From an uncultured Bifidobacterium sp. (GTDB taxonomy: Bacteria; Verrucomicrobiota; Verrucomicrobiia; Limisphaerales; JADLHS01), in NCBI GenBank assembly GCA_964594985.1, contig CAZQNQ010000006.1, forward strand, positions 1,997 through 65,996: 64,000 bases of DNA, read 5' to 3'. The stretch's first letter is position 1; every line of letters begins with the position of its first letter. The notes beneath the pieces were generated by a model, which saw only the letters and a list, made by a program, of their open reading frames with translations, was not told the origin of the DNA and made no database searches. Positions 8,555-17,523 of this stretch are shown piece by piece. The translations under genes and the position numbers were made by a program.

Positions 8555-11332
8555 TTACCCAAACAAATCCATCTGCGGGGGCGGGGCGAGTTGCTTGAGC
8601 TTGTCGCGCTCCTGCTGGCGGCGCGGTTGGCGGACGTTGCCTTCGGGAGTGAGTTCGGATTCTTCGAGGTTCACCAGGATTTGCTTCGCGCGTTCCAACA
8701 CTTCCTTCGGCACGCCGGCGAGACGCGCGACCTGGATGCCGTAGCTCTTGTCCGTGCCGCCTGCGACGATTTTGCGCAGGAAGACAATCGCGTCGTGCCA
8801 CTCGCGCACGGCGACATTGAAGTTCTTGATACGCGGCAGGCGTTGGGCGAGTTCGGTCAGTTCGTGATAGTGCGTGGCGAACAGGGTTTTCGCGCCAACG
8901 ATGTTGTGCAGGTATTCCACGATGCTCCACGCGAGGCTGAGGCCGTCGAACGTGCTGGTGCCGCGGCCGATTTCGTCCAAAATGATGAGGCTGCGCGGCG
9001 TGGCGTTGTTGAGGATGTTGGCCGTTTCGCTCATCTCGACCATGAAGGTGGATTGCCCGCGCGCCAGATCGTCGCTCGCGCCGATGCGGGTGAAGATGCG
9101 GTCCACGAGGTCAATGCGCGCTTCCTTCGCGGGAATGAAACTCCCGGTGTGCGCGAGCAATGTGAGTAGCGCCACCTGCCGGATATAGGTGGATTTACCC
9201 GCCATGTTCGGCCCGGTGATGAGGGCGATTTGCGGAGCGCCGAGCACTGCCTTGGCCTGTTTCGCGTCGCCTTCGGTTCGAGCCGAGGTGGTGCTCGGCG
9301 CTCCGCTGGAAAGCACCGCATCATTCGGCACGAAGCGTTCGTCCACCAAGCTTTGTTCCAACACCGGATGGCGGCCATCGGTGATTTGCAGCTCACCTTC
9401 GTCGCTGACTTGGGGGCGGCAATAGTCGTGCAATCGCGCGATCTCGGCGAAGGAGGCGAGCGCGTCGAGTTGGGCGAGGGCGGACGCGGTCTGCTGGATT
9501 TTGGCGAGTTGGCCGAGGACTTCTTCGCGGAGGCGTTGGAAGAGTTCGTATTCCAACTTCACGCTGCGTTCTTCCGCGCCGAGGATCTTGCCTTCCATGT
9601 CTTTCAATTCGGGCGTGATGAAGCGCTCGCCGTTGGCGACGGTCTGCTTGCGGATGTAATGCGGCGGGACTTTGTCGAGGTTCGACTTGGTGACTTCGAT
9701 GTAATAACCGAAGACGGAATTGAACCGCACTTTGAGCGAGCTGATGCCAGTGCGTTCGATTTCATCCTGCTGCAACTTGGCGAGCCAATCCTTGCCGCCG
9801 CGTTGGGCGTTGCGGAGTTCGTCGAGGTCGGGGCTGAAACCGTCGCGGATCATCCCGCCTTCCTTCACGGCGAGCGGCGGTTCGTCCACGATGGCGCGAC
9901 CGATCAGCTCGACGAGGTCGGGCGATTCGGAGAGTTGCGCGGTGAGGTTGGCGAGTAACGAGTTGCCCCTCACCCCGTCCCTCTCCCCATCCGATGGGGA
10001 GAGGGTGGCCGATAGGCCGGGTGAGGGGGTGTTCAAATTCTCGCCTGTAGCAGCCGACGTGAGGAGGCTCTGACTTCCTGCTTCCGAATTGAGCCTCCTT
10101 ACGGCGGCTGCTACGAAGGAGGAGAGGGTTTGCCGCAGGGCGGGAATCTGTTCCAGCGCCTGGCGCAGCACGACAAGGTCGCGCGCGTTGCCGCTGCCGG
10201 TGCTGAGGCGGCCCAGCGTGCGTTCAAGGTCTCGGACTTGCGTGAGTTGCGCGCGGAATGTGTCGAGGCTGGTGGAGTTTTCGATGAACGTCGCAACAGT
10301 TTCCTGACGTTGGCGAATGGGTTCAACGGCGGCGAGCGGTTGGGAAAGCCAGTTGCGCAGGAGCCGCGCGCCCATCGGCGTGGCGGTTTTGTTCAACGCG
10401 CCGTAAAGACAGGCGTTGCGCGGGGCGTCGCGGTGTTGTGGTTCGAGGATTTCGAGATGTCGTAGCGTGGTGTAGTCAAGCGCGAGGAAGTCCGTACGTT
10501 GATAGAATGACAGGCGCGTGAGGTGTTTCACGTCGCGCCGGAGATTTTGCGTGAGGTAATGCAGCGCGCCGCCCGCCGCGCCGATGGCGGCAGTGCGATC
10601 CTTCAACCCGAAGCCGTCGAGCGAGGCGACCTTGAAATGCTCGCGCACGGTGAATACGGCGGTCTGTGGGGCGAAGGTCCAGTCGTCGTAAGCGCTGACA
10701 GTCCAGCCCCGTCCTGTGGCTGCGCTCGTGAGAGCGCGGCTGACACTTTTTGGATCAGCCGTGTTCTCACGAACACAGCCACAGAGCAAGTCGCGGAGCG
10801 CAACGGCTTCCATCGGATGCACGATCTCGGCGGGGCGAAGGCGTTCGAGTTCGGTGAGGAGCGCGGCTTCGGCTTCGACTTCGGTGGTGAGGAAATCGCC
10901 AGTGGTCAAATCCACGAGCGCAAGGCCGAAGGTTTTCCCGGTGCTGACTACTGCGGCGAGGAAGTTGTTGCGCTCGGCGACAAGCATCCGTTCATCGAAG
11001 TGCGTGCCGGGGGAAAGGATTTGCGTGACCTCGCGATTGACGAGTTTGCCGGGCTTGGCTTCCTCGGTCTGCTCGCAGATGGCGACCTTGCGTCCGGCTT
11101 TGAGCAGGCGACTGATGTAATTGTTGGCCGCGTGATACGGCAGGCCGCACATCGGGATGCCGTTGCGGGCGGTGAGAGCGAGATTGATCAATTGAGAGGC
11201 GACCTGCGCGTCCTCAAAGAACATCTCGTAGAAATCGCCGAGGCGGAAGAGCAGGAGCGCGTCTTTGGGCAGTTCGCTTTTGATGCGGCGATACTGCGCC
11301 ATCATGGGAGTGAGTTGCGCTTCGGCAGACAT
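8555..11332 (-). CDS. mutS: DNA mismatch repair protein MutS
   Basis: N-terminal TPMMAQYRRIK...FYRLGDFYEMFFEDA-type mismatch-binding motif, Walker A GPNMAGKST, DEIGRGTSTFDG and FATHYHELT. It is 925 aa, longer than typical MutS, because of in-frame repeat insertions (see the repeat features). Confidence 0.95.
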   Translation of the reverse strand: MSAEAQLTPMMAQYRRIKSELPKDALLLFRLGDFYEMFFEDAQVASQLINLALTARNGIPMCGLPYHAANNYISRLLKAGRKVAICEQTEEAKPGKLVNREVTQILSPGTHFDERMLVAERNNFLAAVVSTGKTFGLALVDLTTGDFLTTEVEAEAALLTELERLRPAEIVHPMEAVALRDLLCGCVRENTADPKSVSRALTSAATGRGWTVSAYDDWTFAPQTAVFTVREHFKVASLDGFGLKDRTAAIGAAGGALHYLTQNLRRDVKHLTRLSFYQRTDFLALDYTTLRHLEILEPQHRDAPRNACLYGALNKTATPMGARLLRNWLSQPLAAVEPIRQRQETVATFIENSTSLDTFRAQLTQVRDLERTLGRLSTGSGNARDLVVLRQALEQIPALRQTLSSFVAAAVRRLNSEAGSQSLLTSAATGENLNTPSPGLSATLSPSDGERDGVRGNSLLANLTAQLSESPDLVELIGRAIVDEPPLAVKEGGMIRDGFSPDLDELRNAQRGGKDWLAKLQQDEIERTGISSLKVRFNSVFGYYIEVTKSNLDKVPPHYIRKQTVANGERFITPELKDMEGKILGAEERSVKLEYELFQRLREEVLGQLAKIQQTASALAQLDALASFAEIARLHDYCRPQVSDEGELQITDGRHPVLEQSLVDERFVPNDAVLSSGAPSTTSARTEGDAKQAKAVLGAPQIALITGPNMAGKSTYIRQVALLTLLAHTGSFIPAKEARIDLVDRIFTRIGASDDLARGQSTFMVEMSETANILNNATPRSLIILDEIGRGTSTFDGLSLAWSIVEYLHNIVGAKTLFATHYHELTELAQRLPRIKNFNVAVREWHDAIVFLRKIVAGGTDKSYGIQVARLAGVPKEVLERAKQILVNLEESELTPEGNVRQPRRQQERDKLKQLAPPPQMDLFG
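8559..8631. repeat. Functional mutS 3-prime terminus acting as the third direct repeat (att-like)
   Basis: Same 73-bp sequence as 7466-7538 (2 mismatches). Encodes the last about 24 codons of mutS. Confidence 0.85.
9234..9304. repeat. Palindromic element (GGAGCGCCGAGC family) inside the mutS ORF
   Basis: ggagcgccgagcac...gtgctcggcgctcc with perfect 14-nt arms. Translated within MutS as GAPSTTSARTEGDAKQAKAVLGAP. Confidence 0.8.
9966..10029. repeat. 63-64-bp palindromic element (CCCCTCACCCCG..CCCTCTCCCC family) inside the mutS ORF
   Basis: cccctcaccccgtccctctccccatccgatggggagagggtggccgataggccgggtgagggg. Near-identical copies at 21375, 37434 and 48700, plus arms of the 300-bp element. Confidence 0.85.
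10047..10114. repeat. Palindromic element (GTAGCAGCCG family) inside the mutS ORF
   Basis: gtagcagccgacgtgaggaggctc ... gagcctccttacggcggctgctac, with perfect outer 10-nt arms. Translated as ...AAAVRRLNSEAGSQSLLTSAATG. Confidence 0.75.
10714..10784. repeat. Palindromic element inside the mutS ORF
   Basis: ctgtggctg cgctcgtgaga gcgcggctga ... tcagccgtg ttctcacgaaca cagccacag, with nested perfect 9-nt and 7-nt arms. Confidence 0.7.
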
Positions 11333-11391
11333 GCGGCGGGGAAGTTAATGACCGGCGGCGCGAACGTCGAAGGGAAAGTTACAGCAAAAGA

Positions 11392-12828
11392 TTATGGCGT
11401 GCCAAAGTCGTCGGTCGTTGGCCTGAATATCGTTCTTAATTGTAATGAATTTGTCCGTGCGACTTCCAACAACCAGTCTTCTGCGCCTAAAGTTTTCGCT
11501 GTGCTTGGGTCAACGGCAGCCAGTGAATGCAGGGCTGTTGTGATTCGGTTATCGTTCATGTCGGTGCGGGCAAATCTGATGAGGGTTGGGACAGCAGCGT
11601 TGGCATCAGCGCCGAATTGCTGGAACGCGGTGAGAATGCTGTCACGTACGCTTTCATCCTGCTCTTTTTCCAAGGCGTCCGCCAAGGTTTGGATGTACGG
11701 CTTTGGATCGGTGGGAATGATTCGGAGGGCCATGATTGTTTGAATGCGAACATCCCGGTTGGGATCGCTAAAAAGCGGCAATAAGTCAGCGACGTAGTTT
11801 GTGGCGGCAGATCGGTGAATGCCAATAACCTGAACGGCGCGTTCCCGCACTTTGGCGGCGGGGTCTTTGAGCCGTGGAAGCAGCGAGGGGACGCAATTTG
11901 TTCCATAGCGGCGAAGTCCGCCCGCCAAACTGATCGCTTCAAGCCGGACTTTTTCGTCTGGATGTGACAACAATCCCAAGATTTCCGGTGCCGCGTTTGG
12001 ACTTATCTGGCGAAAGACGCGCGCCGCTTCCGGCACCAGAGCGGAGTCAGCCATCGCATTCGAGAGTGCCGGCGCCGCCCGGCAAGCCTCCGCGCCGAAG
12101 CCCAGCAAGGCGGTGCAGGCTGTTTGGCGGACGGATGAATTGGTGTCACTTAGCATGGTGGCAAGCAAGGGAACATTTGATTCGGGATCATTCTGAAAAT
12201 TTCCGATGGTTTCCGCCACGGCCTGGCGGACTTCTGGCTGAACATCTCGGGCGAGTGAATGCAAAGTCTGAGTGGCTTTTGGTTGATTGGTAAAGGGCGT
12301 CAGCGCGACCGCCGCCGCCCAGCGGAAATACCAGTTGGTTGAATCTGCCGTTGCCAGAATCACTGGCAGGGCTGGTTCCCCGATGGCCCCCAACGCATTG
12401 GCGGAATCTCCCGTCAATTCGGGATCGTTCAAGTTGGCAATCAGGTCGGGAATGAGCGGCGCTGCTTGACTGCCCAAGATTCCAATTGCCTGGGAAGCGC
12501 CACTGCGGTGGTAATCTGCGGAAGTGAGCTTGATGAGGTTGTGATCCCAGCGATTCTGGAAGCGCTCGTTCCAACTCATGATCTTCTGTTTGAAGTTGGA
12601 GTCCTTGCTTCTAAGTTCCTGGCTTAAGTATGGCAAGGCATTGGTGCCAAAGTGACGAAAAGCTGCTTCGGCCGCATCCCGATTCTCAACGAATTCGTAG
12701 CAGTTCAAGTCTATGACCCACGAACTCAGCTTTCGACCTTGATAGGTTGGTTCACGAGGCCAGAGCAATGCCGTCAATGCCGATAATGCTACCAGCAGGA
12801 GTAACAGCATTGGCCCGCGTCGTTTCAT
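11392..12828 (-). CDS. HEAT-repeat protein with N-terminal membrane anchor/signal
   Basis: Subset of ORF 11392..13107, starting at MKRRGPMLLLLLVALSAL. It has repeated about 30-aa units (DPxxxVRxxAxxALGxIG style) typical of PBS-lyase HEAT-like repeats. Confidence 0.7.
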   Translation of the reverse strand: MKRRGPMLLLLLVALSALTALLWPREPTYQGRKLSSWVIDLNCYEFVENRDAAEAAFRHFGTNALPYLSQELRSKDSNFKQKIMSWNERFQNRWDHNLIKLTSADYHRSGASQAIGILGSQAAPLIPDLIANLNDPELTGDSANALGAIGEPALPVILATADSTNWYFRWAAAVALTPFTNQPKATQTLHSLARDVQPEVRQAVAETIGNFQNDPESNVPLLATMLSDTNSSVRQTACTALLGFGAEACRAAPALSNAMADSALVPEAARVFRQISPNAAPEILGLLSHPDEKVRLEAISLAGGLRRYGTNCVPSLLPRLKDPAAKVRERAVQVIGIHRSAATNYVADLLPLFSDPNRDVRIQTIMALRIIPTDPKPYIQTLADALEKEQDESVRDSILTAFQQFGADANAAVPTLIRFARTDMNDNRITTALHSLAAVDPSTAKTLGAEDWLLEVARTNSLQLRTIFRPTTDDFGTP

Positions 12829-12909
12829 TGTGTTTCGCAGAATGACAGTTCGTTCTGCCTCTTGGCAAGATTCCGGGAGCATTCCGGGGTAACTCTCGTC
12901 CAACGGTGC

Positions 12910-13461
12910 ATGAAAATGGTGTTTAATGTGGACGAAATCCGGGTGGCTTCGCCTTGCCACGCGCGGTGGAACGACATGGATGGCGACGAACGGGCGCGGT
13001 TTTGTCGGCAATGCTCCAAGCATGTTTTCAATCTGTCGGCGATGACCCGGGGGCAGATCGAGACGCTCGTGCGCGAAAAGGAAGGGAAATTCTGCGGGCG
13101 ATTCCATCGGCGGGCGGATGGCACGATGTTGACGGCGGATTGTCCGTCGCAGTTGCGGCGGATGCGGGAGCGGGTGGCAAAGATTGGCGGGGCATTGTGC
13201 GCGTTGGCGCTTTCGTTGGTGGGGTGTTCACCGCGACAAACCAATCAAGCCAATGGCGGAAAAATGGGTCGAGTCGTCATGGGGGATGTCGCTGTGCCGC
13301 CGGTGGTTTGCACCACAAACTCTTCCCCGGCGATCATGGGGAAGATTGCCCTGCCAGCATCACCGTCGCAGGATACAAATGCGCCAATGCTGATGGGGGA
13401 GATCTCCATCGCTCCGAATTCCAATTCTGTGTCGCCGGTTTCAGGCACACCCGGGAAATAG
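12910..13461 (+). CDS. Hypothetical protein with N-terminal Cys-rich zinc-ribbon-like motif and a membrane segment
   Basis: Subset of ORF 12862..13461, starting at MKMVFNVDE to avoid overlap with the divergent HEAT gene. Motif SPCHARWNDMDGDERARFCRQCSKHVFNLSAMT (C..C-x2-C), then a hydrophobic segment ending in LVGC. Confidence 0.45.
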   Translation: MKMVFNVDEIRVASPCHARWNDMDGDERARFCRQCSKHVFNLSAMTRGQIETLVREKEGKFCGRFHRRADGTMLTADCPSQLRRMRERVAKIGGALCALALSLVGCSPRQTNQANGGKMGRVVMGDVAVPPVVCTTNSSPAIMGKIALPASPSQDTNAPMLMGEISIAPNSNSVSPVSGTPGK

Positions 13462-13523
13462 TGGGCTTTGGTGCCTGCCTAAACAGTTGCCCCGGCACGT
13501 TCCCTGCGGCACTCTGACTTCTC

Positions 13524-14468
13524 ATGGTGGTTGACCGTCCCGACAAAGCGACCTTGCGCATCGGCCGGCTGGAGTTCACGCGACTCGGCTGGGCGTTGGT
13601 GCTCTCGCTGGTCGCGCATCTGGTTTTTTGGGGCGGTTACGAGGTGACCAAGCACTTTGATCTGGCAGCCCGATTCCGATTGCCCCAGTGGGCCCAACGC
13701 CTTCTCGCCCCGCCGCCGGTCGAGGTCAAACCAAAGCCCGAGTCTGAGCCTTATATGTTCGTTGACGTGAGCGAGGCGCAATCGGTCGCCGAGCCGCCCA
13801 AGGATGCCCTCAATTACTCGGATCGGAACGCCGTCGCCGCCAATCCCGAACCGGCCAAAAATCTTAACGAGCCGAAGGTGGAAGGCGAGAAGAACGAGTT
13901 TGCGAAGCTTGAGGACGCCGGGCGGAAGAACAAGTTCGATCAACTCATGCCCGATCCGCCCAAGCCGGAGGCGGAGCCCAAACCGGAAGAGAAACAGGCC
14001 CCGGGCACGATGACGGTGGCCAAGGCGGATTTGCGGCCGCCGCAGGAACGGCAACGCCCGCGGACGATCGCCGAAGCGATGCGGCAGCGCAATCAGACGC
14101 CCGGGCCGCGTTCGCAGCAGGATGCCGGGGTTTCCCGGCGCGGGGAGCTTTCGCGTAATGTCAAAGTGACCGGGTTTGGCGCGTATGATCGGGCGTTCAT
14201 TGACGCGGTCTCCTCCCGCTGGTATGGCCTGCTGGATAACTTGAGTTACGACAATTGGCGGACCGGACGCGTGGTGATTCAATTCGACCTCAACTATAAG
14301 GGGGAGATTGCGGAACTGGTAGTTGTCGAAAACACCGTTTCGGACATGCTGGCGCTGATGTGTGAGAAGGCGATCCGCGATCCCGCCCCGTACGGGGAGT
14401 GGACCACGGAGATGCGCCAAAAGGCCGGGGATTCGCGCCGGATCACCTTCACATTTTTTTATCACTGA
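13524..14468 (+). CDS. TonB-like energy transducer (N-terminal anchor, Pro/Glu/Lys-rich linker, C-terminal domain)
   Basis: TM segment LGWALVLSLVAHLVFWG and linker PPVEVKPKPESEP / PKPEAEPKPEEKQAP. It lies immediately upstream of exbB-exbD. Confidence 0.55.
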   Translation: MVVDRPDKATLRIGRLEFTRLGWALVLSLVAHLVFWGGYEVTKHFDLAARFRLPQWAQRLLAPPPVEVKPKPESEPYMFVDVSEAQSVAEPPKDALNYSDRNAVAANPEPAKNLNEPKVEGEKNEFAKLEDAGRKNKFDQLMPDPPKPEAEPKPEEKQAPGTMTVAKADLRPPQERQRPRTIAEAMRQRNQTPGPRSQQDAGVSRRGELSRNVKVTGFGAYDRAFIDAVSSRWYGLLDNLSYDNWRTGRVVIQFDLNYKGEIAELVVVENTVSDMLALMCEKAIRDPAPYGEWTTEMRQKAGDSRRITFTFFYH

Positions 14469-14501
14469 CAAAAACCGTCCACTCTTAAAAGATTACTGCT
14501 C

Positions 14502-15095
14502 ATGGAACTCTTTGTTTACATTTTGTTGATTCTCACCTCCATCGTGGGACTGACCTTCATCGTCGAGCGGGGGCTGGCCTTGCGCTGGAAAAAAGTCGTG
14601 CCGCCGGAGATTGAAACCGCGGTGGACGCCTGCCAGAACCGGGAAGACTCCGAACGATTGAAGCGAGTCTGCGAAAAACATCCCTCGGCCCTGGGGCGGC
14701 TGCTGGTGCTGGCGGTGGAACGCCTGCACTGGTCCAAGGAGGAAAACGTGGACGCGCTGCAGACCCGCGCGCGGCATGAGATCGTGAAACTGGAGCGCGG
14801 CCTCGTGGTGCTGGAGATCATCGTCGGCATCGCGCCGCTGCTGGGGCTGGTGGGGACGATTCTCGGCATGATGACCACCTTTGAACACGTCGGCCAGATG
14901 GGATTGAACGATGCCTCCAAGCTGGCCAATGGCATCGCGCTGATTCTGAAGGCGACATTGATCGGCCTGCTCATCGCCATCCCGGCGCTGATCTCGTGGA
15001 GCTATTACACCAAGAAAGTCGAGATGCTCGCCGTGGAGATGGAGACGCTGTGTGATGAAGTCGTCCGGCGTTTGTATCGCGACGAAAAACCCTGA
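14502..15095 (+). CDS. exbB: MotA/TolQ/ExbB proton-channel protein
   Basis: Three TM segments and the conserved IAPLLGLVGTILGMM and ALIxTLIGLLIAIPAL motifs. Confidence 0.85.
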   Translation: MELFVYILLILTSIVGLTFIVERGLALRWKKVVPPEIETAVDACQNREDSERLKRVCEKHPSALGRLLVLAVERLHWSKEENVDALQTRARHEIVKLERGLVVLEIIVGIAPLLGLVGTILGMMTTFEHVGQMGLNDASKLANGIALILKATLIGLLIAIPALISWSYYTKKVEMLAVEMETLCDEVVRRLYRDEKP

Positions 15096-15101
15096 GCTGC
15101 C

Positions 15102-15530
15102 ATGCGCTTTTATTCCCACAAACGCCGCCAGCCACCTGCCATCATCATCGTGGCGCTGATTGACGTGTTGATCGTGCTGCTCATCTTCCTGATGACCACC
15201 ACCACGTTCAAGCAGCAGAGCGCGATGAAACTGGCGCTGCCGGAATCCAGCCAGGGCCAGAAGACCGGCGCGAGCGAGGATGTGCCGCTGGTGGTCAGCA
15301 TTGATCCGCAGGGGAATTTGCGGCTCGGCGGCGGCTCGGACGCGTTGCCCTTGACGGAAGAAAATTTGCGCAAGGAGCTGGTTTCACGCACGGCCAAAAA
15401 TCCCGAACTCAAGCTCGCCATCAATGCCGACAAGGCCGCCCCGTTTGGCAAGATCGTCAAGGTGATGGATGCGGCGAAAGAAGCGAAGGTCAAGTTCGTC
15501 AGCGCCTACACCAAAGAAGCGGCGAAGTGA
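15102..15530 (+). CDS. exbD: Biopolymer transport protein ExbD/TolR
   Basis: IIIVALIDVLIVLLIFLM TM segment followed by the ExbD periplasmic-domain pattern (LKLAINADKAAPFGKIVKVMDAAKEA). Confidence 0.85.
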   Translation: MRFYSHKRRQPPAIIIVALIDVLIVLLIFLMTTTTFKQQSAMKLALPESSQGQKTGASEDVPLVVSIDPQGNLRLGGGSDALPLTEENLRKELVSRTAKNPELKLAINADKAAPFGKIVKVMDAAKEAKVKFVSAYTKEAAK

Positions 15531-15554
15531 CCCGCGCGGTTCGGGGGCGAACCC

Positions 15555-15855
15555 TTAAGGCATGTTTTCAAAATGGATTTATTGGCTGAGTTCGAGGGGC
15601 GGCGAGTGGAATGGTTGGTGGCTCGCCCTCACCCCGGCCCTCTCCCCCGGGGAGAGGGGGACACGCTCGCTGCGGCGCGACGGATTGACAGTGGCGGATT
15701 TGACCACGTCCAACGACCGAGTACAAAAGGGCGGTGCGATGCTGCTCCCTCTCCCCGGGGGAGAGGGCCGGGGTGAGGGCGAGCGTGGCACTGATTTCAT
15801 GACGGGAGGCATTGCATCCCAGAGCCGTTGGAAAACATTTTGAAAACCACCCTGG
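15555..15855. mobile_element. About 300-bp MITE-like element, family B, copy 1
   Basis: Ends TTAAGGCATGTTTTCAAAATG ... CATTTTGAAAACCACCCTGG form terminal inverted repeats (core 12 nt perfect). The interior holds two inverted CTCACCCCGGCCCTCTCCCC arms. It is collinear with 31351-31651 with about 20 differences. Confidence 0.7.
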
Positions 15856-15867
15856 CCCCATGTTCCG

Positions 15868-17268
15868 ATGAATCTCTTCGAGTTGCTTGAACGCACGGCG
15901 GCCCGTCTGCCGGCGAAGCCGGCTTTGATCGAGGACGACCAAGTCGTGGCGTACGCCGAACTGCTGCGCCGCGCGGAAGAACTGGCGCTCGCGCTGAAAG
16001 CACAATCCATCGGAGCGAGGCAACGCGTCGGTCTGGCATTTCCCAACAGCATCGCGTATGTGGTGCTGACGTTTGCGCTGTGGCGCTTGGGCGTGGCCGT
16101 CGTGCCCGTGCCGACGGAATGTTCCGAGGATGAGGTGCAGGAGATTTGTGTCGCGATGCAACTGACCGGCCTGCTTACGCCGAAGCCGCGCGCGAGCAGT
16201 GCGGCCATCACGTCGGATTGTCACTTCACCAAACTTCAACCCGCATCGCCGCCGGACAATCACGGGTTGGACCTGGCGTTTATCCGCTTCACGTCCGGCA
16301 CGACCAGCACGCGCAAAGGCGTGGCGCTGTCGCATGAGACGATTCGTGATCGCGTCGCCTCCGCCAACAAAGCCTTCGGCATCACGGCGGACGACACGGT
16401 GATCTGGTGTCTGCCGATGGCGCATCACTTCCTCATCACCATCGTGCTCTACCTCGAAGCCGGCGCAACCGTGGTGCTCGCGCGGCATGTGACGGCGAAA
16501 CCCTTCCTTGATGCCGTGAATCGCTGGCAGGGCACGGTGCTGTATGCCGCGCCGTTCCATTACGCGATGCTGGCGCGCGATAATTCGGCGGTGCAGATTC
16601 CGTCCGTGCGCCTGGCGGTGTCCACGACGTGCGCGTTGCCGGAGAACGTCGCGCAGGATTTTTTCAAGCGCTTCAACCAGCCGCTCGTGCAAGGGCTTGG
16701 GGTGATCGAACTCGGCCTCGTGGCGCTCAACACCGCCGCGCCGCGCGAGAAGTGGAATTCCGTCGGTCGCGTCGCGGGCGATTTCGAGTGGCGCATCGTG
16801 AATCCCGACGCGGCGGGCGCGGGCGAACTGGCGGTGCGCGGTCCGGGCATCTGCGATGCCTACGTCGCGCCGTGGGTTTCGCGCGAACAGCTTTTGCGCG
16901 AGGGTTGGTTTTTCACCGGCGACATCGGACGCGGAGATGCGGAGGGGTTTCTATTTCTGCTCACGCGTAAGACCGCGGTCATCAATCTCGCGGGCCGCAA
17001 AGTTTTCCCGGAAGAGATCGAAGCCGTGCTCAATCGTCACCCCGAGGTGATCGAGTCGCGCGTTTGCGGCCGGCTGCACCCGCATCTCGGCGAGACGGTG
17101 GAGGCGGAACTGGTTTTGCGGCAGCCGGAAGCGAGCCTTGATCCCATCCGCGCTTATTGCCGGGAACATCTCGCCTCCTACAAGATTCCCACCCGTTTTA
17201 CCGTTGTCTCTGCCTTGCCCCGGACGCCCGTCACTGGCAAGCTTCGCCGCGCCGCTCCGGTGGCCTGA
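15868..17268 (+). CDS. AMP-dependent synthetase/ligase (acyl/aryl-ACP or -CoA ligase, ApeH-like position)
   Basis: AMP-binding core FTSGTTSTRKGV, FTGDIG, and a C-terminal KIP...TGKL motif. Its stop TGA directly abuts the ATG of the ACP gene. Confidence 0.85.
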   Translation: MNLFELLERTAARLPAKPALIEDDQVVAYAELLRRAEELALALKAQSIGARQRVGLAFPNSIAYVVLTFALWRLGVAVVPVPTECSEDEVQEICVAMQLTGLLTPKPRASSAAITSDCHFTKLQPASPPDNHGLDLAFIRFTSGTTSTRKGVALSHETIRDRVASANKAFGITADDTVIWCLPMAHHFLITIVLYLEAGATVVLARHVTAKPFLDAVNRWQGTVLYAAPFHYAMLARDNSAVQIPSVRLAVSTTCALPENVAQDFFKRFNQPLVQGLGVIELGLVALNTAAPREKWNSVGRVAGDFEWRIVNPDAAGAGELAVRGPGICDAYVAPWVSREQLLREGWFFTGDIGRGDAEGFLFLLTRKTAVINLAGRKVFPEEIEAVLNRHPEVIESRVCGRLHPHLGETVEAELVLRQPEASLDPIRAYCREHLASYKIPTRFTVVSALPRTPVTGKLRRAAPVA

Positions 17269-17523
17269 ATGATTGAAGCGTCAGAAATTGAAACCAAACT
17301 CCTCGACTTCCTGAAACGCGAAGTGTTCGCGCCCGAGGTTGTCGTCACAACTGAAACCGATCTGCTCGCGTCGGGTTTTGATTCCATGTCGCTCGTGCGC
17401 GTGTTGCTCTTCATCGAGCAGAGCTACGGCTTCTGGCTGCCCGAAGGCGAAATCACCGGCGACGCGTTGCAGAATGTCCGCTCCCTGGCCACCACCGCCG
17501 CCCGTTTGCTCAATGCCCGGTAA
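17269..17523 (+). CDS. Acyl carrier protein
   Basis: 84 aa with the phosphopantetheine-site motif GFDSMSLVRVL. Confidence 0.8.
   Translation: MIEASEIETKLLDFLKREVFAPEVVVTTETDLLASGFDSMSLVRVLLFIEQSYGFWLPEGEITGDALQNVRSLATTAARLLNAR

Noticed and set aside
6114-8555. Integrase, recombinase or transposase expected for the mutS-tail-flanked island
   Set aside because: I searched the six-frame ORFs in this interval for tyrosine/serine recombinase or DDE motifs and recognised none. The island is therefore reported as lacking an integrase, not as a complete mobile element.
10523-11743. 406-aa plus-strand ORF overlapping mutS
   Set aside because: It is antisense to the unambiguous mutS CDS, has shadow-ORF composition, and has no recognisable motifs.
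13479-14471. 330-aa minus-strand ORF
   Set aside because: It is antisense to the TonB-like gene that sits in operon order with exbB/exbD. It is Arg/Pro/Gly-rich low-complexity sequence.
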